Below, one piece after another: positions 59,318-64,000 of a stretch of DNA of 64,000 nucleotides. Below the pieces are notes generated by a model. That model was not told the DNA's origin. It made no database searches and saw only the letters and a program-made list of their open reading frames with translations. Every line of letters begins with the position of its first letter. Positions within the stretch are counted from its first letter, which is position 1. The position numbers were made by a program, and so were the translations under genes. This stretch comes from an uncultured Patescibacteria group bacterium (GTDB taxonomy: Bacteria > Patescibacteriota > Patescibacteriia > Veblenbacterales > UBA10138), in contig CALFUV010000012.1 of NCBI GenBank assembly GCA_937929825.1, positions 44 to 64,043 of the forward strand, read 5' to 3'.

Positions 59318-59932
59318 TTACTTAGCTTGTTTAACTAACAATAAACCATGGCGCGCACCCGGTACAGCACCTTTTACCACCAGCTCGTTTTCTTGAGGAT
59401 TCACTGCTACCACAGTCAAATTACTAACAGTAACTTTTTCATTACCCATACGCCCAGCCATTCGCATACCTTTACGCACATGCTGCACACCACCGGCTCC
59501 AATACTGCCGGGCATGCGAGCCTGATCTTTATGACCATGAGATGAAGGATGACCATGAAAACCATGTCTCTTAACTACGCCCTGAAAACCCTTACCTTTG
59601 GAAAATCCTGTAACATTAACTACATCACCCGGCACAAATTGACTAACATCAATCACCTGACCAACATTATACTCACCTTCTTTAACCCTAAACTCTTTTA
59701 AATATCGCAGATTTTTACCTATCTGTTTTAAATGTCCGGCGCGCGGTTTGTTGGCTGGCTTTTTTGTTTCCACAAAACCTAACTGCACGGCACGATAACC
59801 ATCACGTGACTCATTTTTCACTTGAGTAACCACGCACGGCCCGGCCTGCAAAACCGTTACCGGCACAACGGTGCCATCAGCTTGGAAAGTACGGGACATA
59901 TTTACTTTTTTGGCAAGAATGAACTTAGGCAT
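59318..59932 (-). CDS. rplC: 50S ribosomal protein L3
   Basis: PVTVL, SKGKGFQG, PGSIG, KGAVPG. Confidence 0.96.
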   Translation of the reverse strand: MPKFILAKKVNMSRTFQADGTVVPVTVLQAGPCVVTQVKNESRDGYRAVQLGFVETKKPANKPRAGHLKQIGKNLRYLKEFRVKEGEYNVGQVIDVSQFVPGDVVNVTGFSKGKGFQGVVKRHGFHGHPSSHGHKDQARMPGSIGAGGVQHVRKGMRMAGRMGNEKVTVSNLTVVAVNPQENELVVKGAVPGARHGLLLVKQAK

Positions 59933-59941
59933 ATAATTTAA

Positions 59942-60121
59942 TTAAAAAACCGCCAACCATTTTTCTACACTTGCCTTAATCGGCCAACGGTTTTTTAAGA
60001 ACATAAATGTTTGTGGAAGTAAATTAAGAGATAATTAATAATTTCCTTGTAACCCAGATGTTTTGATTTATCGCAGGTACTCCTTTAAATGGAGCCGTAC
60101 ACGATCAGTCAAAAAGGGTTA
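59942..60121 (-). ncRNA. Candidate structured cis-regulatory RNA (ribosomal leader) between rpsJ and rplC
   Basis: Two stem-loops (60050-60121 and 59942-59998) whose G-U pairs form only on the transcribed strand. Confidence 0.5.
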
Positions 60122-60130
60122 GTAACAATA

Positions 60131-60496
60131 CTACATTTTTATTTCTACATCAACTCCGGCAGGTAAATTAAGATTAGTCAAAGAATCGATGATTTTAGAA
60201 TTAGGTTCCAGAATATCAAGCAATCTTTTATGTACCCGCATTTCATACTGCTCTTGGGAATTCTTATCAATAAATGAAGAACGAATAACCGTATAACGTG
60301 ATTTTTCCGTAGGTAAAGGTATGGGGCCCACTACTTGAGCGCCAGCCCGTAAAGCTGTTTCTAAAATAGTCTTAACAGCCTGATCTATAATTTTATGATC
60401 ATAGGCTCTAATGCGAATGCGCAAACGCGGACGAGACTCTTCTTCAGTCTGCGTTTCATTAACCTTCACCTTAGATTCTGTTTTAGTTTGCGTCAT
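60131..60496 (-). CDS. rpsJ: 30S ribosomal protein S10
   Basis: [23 protein letters not shown]. Confidence 0.96.
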   Translation of the reverse strand: MTQTKTESKVKVNETQTEEESRPRLRIRIRAYDHKIIDQAVKTILETALRAGAQVVGPIPLPTEKSRYTVIRSSFIDKNSQEQYEMRVHKRLLDILEPNSKIIDSLTNLNLPAGVDVEIKM

Positions 60497-60532
60497 GCGC
60501 CCGATTTATTCTAGAAATTAATTTTTAATGTT

Positions 60533-61735
60533 TTACTTAATTATCTTACTCACCACGCCGGAAGCTACCGTGCGTCCGCCTTCGCGAATAGCAAAACGAG
60601 TTTTTTCTTCCAAAGCCACTGGTGAAATAAGTTTTACATTAATCTTAACGTTGTCTCCCGGCATAACCATTTCCACACCCTCAGGCAAACCAACCTCACC
60701 GGTCACATCAGTGGTACGAATGTAAAATTGGGGCTTATAACCTTTCAAGAAAGGAGTATGGCGTCCGCCCTCTTCTTTAGAAAGTACATAAATTTCCGCT
60801 TCAAATTCAGCATGCGGAGTTACCGAGCCGGGCTTAGCTACCACCTGACCACGTTCCACATCATCTTTTTTCAAGCCACGAAGTAGCAAACCAGCATTAT
60901 CACCCGCCCGACCTTCATCCAACTGCTTATTAAACATTTCAATACCGGTGACCACAGTTTTTTGTGTTTCCCGCAAACCAACTATTTCTACTTCTTCGTT
61001 AAGTTTCAAAATACCACGTTCAATACGGCCGGTAACTACTGTACCGCGACCTTCAATGGAGAAAATATCCTCAATTGGCATTAAGAAAGGCTTATCAATA
61101 TCGCGCACGGGTTCAGGAATAAATTCATCCAGCTGCTTTACCAGTTCCAAAACTGATTTAACGTATTCATCATCAATTTTGCCGGCTTGGGCCGCTTCCA
61201 AAGCTTTTAGAGCCGAACCGCGAATAATTGGTGTTTTATCGCCTGGAAAATCATATTTTTTCAAAAGATCTCTCACCTCTTCTTCCACTAAATCAACTAA
61301 ATCTTTTTCATCCACCATATCAACTTTATTTAAGAAAACCACAATATGAGGCACGCCCACTTGACGAGCTAACAAAATATGTTCCCGGGTTTGAGGCATA
61401 GGGCCATCAGCCGCCGAAACCACCAAAATAGCGCCATCCATCTGGGCTGCACCGGTAATCATGTTCTTCACATAGTCAGCATGTCCCGGACAATCCACGT
61501 GAGCATAGTGACGCTTTTCTGATTCATACTCTACGTGAGCTGTATTAATAGTAATACCACGAGCTTTTTCCTCAGGGGCGTTATCAATCTGGTCTACACT
61601 TTTATCCTGAGACTTGTAGCCAGCAATTTTTAAAACCTGCAACAAAGCTGCGGTCAAGGTAGTTTTGCCGTGGTCAACGTGACCAATGGTGCCCACATTA
61701 ACGTGTGGTTTAGAACGATCAAATTTGTCTGCCAT
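60533..61735 (-). CDS. tuf: Elongation factor Tu
   Basis: [34 protein letters not shown]. Confidence 0.98.
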   Translation of the reverse strand: MADKFDRSKPHVNVGTIGHVDHGKTTLTAALLQVLKIAGYKSQDKSVDQIDNAPEEKARGITINTAHVEYESEKRHYAHVDCPGHADYVKNMITGAAQMDGAILVVSAADGPMPQTREHILLARQVGVPHIVVFLNKVDMVDEKDLVDLVEEEVRDLLKKYDFPGDKTPIIRGSALKALEAAQAGKIDDEYVKSVLELVKQLDEFIPEPVRDIDKPFLMPIEDIFSIEGRGTVVTGRIERGILKLNEEVEIVGLRETQKTVVTGIEMFNKQLDEGRAGDNAGLLLRGLKKDDVERGQVVAKPGSVTPHAEFEAEIYVLSKEEGGRHTPFLKGYKPQFYIRTTDVTGEVGLPEGVEMVMPGDNVKINVKLISPVALEEKTRFAIREGGRTVASGVVSKIIK

Positions 61736-61945
61736 GGAAATTGTACTCCTTCACCCTGTTGCCTCTATCCACCTGAAAAATCCTTATTTTTAAAGGATTT
61801 TTACTGTCAGGTGCTTTGGCTAAAGGGCAAAATTAACTTAATTTTTAGGTTTAAATTAGCTAAATTATTGAAATTAGCTTGTTCACTGTATCACGAGCTA
61901 AAGGTTTTGGCAAGAGGCAAAACCTAACAGAGTTTTCCCCACTTT

Positions 61946-62227
61946 TTACAGAGGCTCTGGGAAATACTGATCATCATCTTCCAGTCCCCCCTGCAAAGGA
62001 TCAACCATTTCCGGTAAATCAGGTTGGGCCTGCTTTTGAATAACGGTTGGTTTAGCCTGAACAGCTGGTTGAGTTTTCCCCAGTGGCAATTTACCCTGAC
62101 TTAAATTTTCGTATTCAGTCAAGGGTACTAAAACTACCGGTTCTGATTCCGGCATTATTAACACTACCTTTTCACCTCGTCGGGCAAATATCTTTTTAAT
62201 TCTTTCCAAATCAACTATTAACGCCAT
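61946..62227 (-). CDS. Hypothetical 93-aa protein between fusA and tuf
   Basis: ATG 2 nt after the fusA stop; acidic C-terminus EDDDQYFPEPL. Confidence 0.7.
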   Translation of the reverse strand: MALIVDLERIKKIFARRGEKVVLIMPESEPVVLVPLTEYENLSQGKLPLGKTQPAVQAKPTVIQKQAQPDLPEMVDPLQGGLEDDDQYFPEPL

Positions 62228-62229
62228 AT

Positions 62230-64000
62230 TTAACCTTGTCTAATGGTCTTGCCTTCACCAATTATACCTTCAGCAATATTACTCGGTACTTGGGCATAAT
62301 GATCAAATTCCATGGTGTAACTACCGCGACCTTGAGTCATGGAGCGCAAAGTTGTGGCATAACCAAACATTTCAGCTAAAGGCACCTCGGCATCCACTAC
62401 CTTTAATCCACCCCGATCGCGCATTTCTTTAATCTGACCACGTTTAGAATTAAGATCGCCAATTACATCACCCATATTGGCTTCTGGTGTAATAACTTCA
62501 ATTTTCATAATAGGTTCAAGTATTACCGGACCAGCTTGTTTGAAAGCAGTCTGAAAAGCAATAGAGCCAGCTATTTTAAAAGCGGCCTCTGATGAATCTA
62601 CATCATGATATGAACCATCATACACCGCAACTTTAACATCTACCACCGGATAGCCAGCTAGCACGCCATTCTCCATAGCCTCTTCCACACCTTTTTGAAT
62701 CGGTTTAATAAATTCTTTGGGAATTACTCCGCCTTTAATTTCATCTATAAATTCAAAGCCTTTACCTTTTTCAGTTTGCGGCTCCACGCGCAGCCAACAA
62801 TGACCATATTGCCCATGGCCGCCAGTTTGACGGATATATTTACCTTCTGCTTTAGCGATTTTGGTAATAGTTTCCTTATAAGCCACTTGGGGTTTGCCTA
62901 CATTAGCTTCCACTTTAAATTCGCGCCTCATGCGATCCACAATAATATCCAAATGCAGCTCACCCATACCCCAAATAATTAACTGTCCTGTTTCCTCATT
63001 GGAACGTATCCGAAAAGTTGGATCTTCTTCCGCTAATTTTTGCAAAGCCATGCCCATTTTTTCCTGATCAGCTTTAGTTTTTGGTTCAATAGCCAAAGAA
63101 ATAACCGGCTCAGGGAAAGTAATAGATTCCAATATTATCTGATTATTTTCTGTGCATAAAGTATGTCCGGTAGAAGTTGATTTTAGGCCCACTGCCGCGG
63201 CAATTTCACCGGCAAAAACCTCATCTACATCTTCACGGCTGTTAGCGTGCAAACGAACAATACGACTAAGTCTTTCTTTTTCCCCGGAAGATGAATTATA
63301 AATATAAGAACCGGCTTTAACAGTACCAGAATAAACCCGGAAAAAAGCCAGTTTGCCTACAAAAGGATCAGAAGCTATTTTAAAAGCCAAAGCGCAGAAA
63401 GGCTCACTGTCTGATGGTTTTCTTTCCACTGTTTCGCCGGTTTTGGGATCAGTGCCGATAACTGCTTTAACATCCAAAGGGCTGGGTAAATAATCCACCA
63501 CGCCATCCAGCAAAAATTGTATGCCTTTATTTTTTAAAGCACTGCCGCAAAAAACAGGCACCAATTCGTTGGCAAGACAAGCTTGTCTTAAAACTCGCTT
63601 TAGATCAGGAACAGGAATCTCCTGTCCTTCCAAATACATTTGTAATAATTTTTCATCATGCTCAGCAATAGCTTCCACTAAAATATGCCTATACTCCTCA
63701 ACTTTTTCTTTCATATCCTCTGGTACTTCCACATCTTCCCATTTTTGCCCAAGCTCATCCTGATAAACCCGCGCCTTCCTTTCTAATAAATCAATAATTC
63801 CTTTAAAGGTTTCTGCCGAGCCAATAGGCAACTGTACAGCATAAGCCCGTTTGGTTAAACGTTCATGAATGGAAGCTATATCAGCGTAAAAATCCGCACC
63901 CATTCTATCCATTTTATTAATAAAACAAATTCTCGGAACTTTATAATCATCAGCATAACGCCAATTAGTTTCAGACTGCGGCTCCACGCCAGCCACACCA
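62230..64000 (-). CDS. fusA: Elongation factor G (5'-truncated by the window edge)
   Basis: [41 protein letters not shown]. Confidence 0.98.
   Translation of the reverse strand, partial: GVAGVEPQSETNWRYADDYKVPRICFINKMDRMGADFYADIASIHERLTKRAYAVQLPIGSAETFKGIIDLLERKARVYQDELGQKWEDVEVPEDMKEKVEEYRHILVEAIAEHDEKLLQMYLEGQEIPVPDLKRVLRQACLANELVPVFCGSALKNKGIQFLLDGVVDYLPSPLDVKAVIGTDPKTGETVERKPSDSEPFCALAFKIASDPFVGKLAFFRVYSGTVKAGSYIYNSSSGEKERLSRIVRLHANSREDVDEVFAGEIAAAVGLKSTSTGHTLCTENNQIILESITFPEPVISLAIEPKTKADQEKMGMALQKLAEEDPTFRIRSNEETGQLIIWGMGELHLDIIVDRMRREFKVEANVGKPQVAYKETITKIAKAEGKYIRQTGGHGQYGHCWLRVEPQTEKGKGFEFIDEIKGGVIPKEFIKPIQKGVEEAMENGVLAGYPVVDVKVAVYDGSYHDVDSSEAAFKIAGSIAFQTAFKQAGPVILEPIMKIEVITPEANMGDVIGDLNSKRGQIKEMRDRGGLKVVDAEVPLAEMFGYATTLRSMTQGRGSYTMEFDHYAQVPSNIAEGIIGEGKTIRQG

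Noticed and set aside
1734-63763. Many 60-180 aa ORFs antisense to or nested in long genes (for example 8930-9448, 41510-42055, 43919-44401, 60948-61349)
   Set aside because: Entirely overlap well-supported genes and show no recognisable motifs; typical shadow frames
1-64000. CRISPR array, rRNA, intact integrase/transposase, introns or inteins
   Set aside because: No regularly spaced repeats or rRNA-like tracts seen; dnaB, tuf and the tRNAs are of normal length and uninterrupted

Overview
AT-rich (roughly mid-30s % GC by eye) chromosomal segment of a Patescibacteria/CPR (Parcubacteria-like) bacterium using the standard code: TGA stops are used, tRNA-Trp(CCA) is present, and rpmD/L30 is missing from the spc operon. 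The right third is the core translation superoperon on the minus strand (fusA partial, small ORF, tuf, S10 and spc operons, secY, adk, map), followed by ruvX, a WecA/MraY-type gene and rplU; dnaB-ybaB-recR lie on the plus strand. The middle holds housekeeping genes (asnS, aspS, scpAB, tpiA, fba, tgt, metK with a SAM-I riboswitch). Seven tRNAs and an rpmG missed by the ORF track are spread across the window. Accessory content includes a glycoside hydrolase cassette, a Hef/Mph1-like helicase pair, a copper-efflux cassette with an ArsR-YHS regulator, an orphan CrtI plus ABC1 kinase pair, an ultra-small [FeFe]-hydrogenase-like gene and a decaying region next to tRNA-Asn. The most unusual signals are: related scars at the 3' ends of tRNA-Tyr and tRNA-Lys; a CCA-less tRNA-Thr whose acceptor stem extends into a ~19-bp helix; an isochorismatase split exactly at an in-frame A_AAA_AAG slippery heptamer; twin perfect palindromes around a Cys-less ArsR; a 27-aa acidic micropeptide with a strong SD; and a structured rpsJ-rplC spacer. 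No CRISPR array, rRNA or intact transposase/integrase was seen. All assignments are by eye from motifs; no database searches were run.
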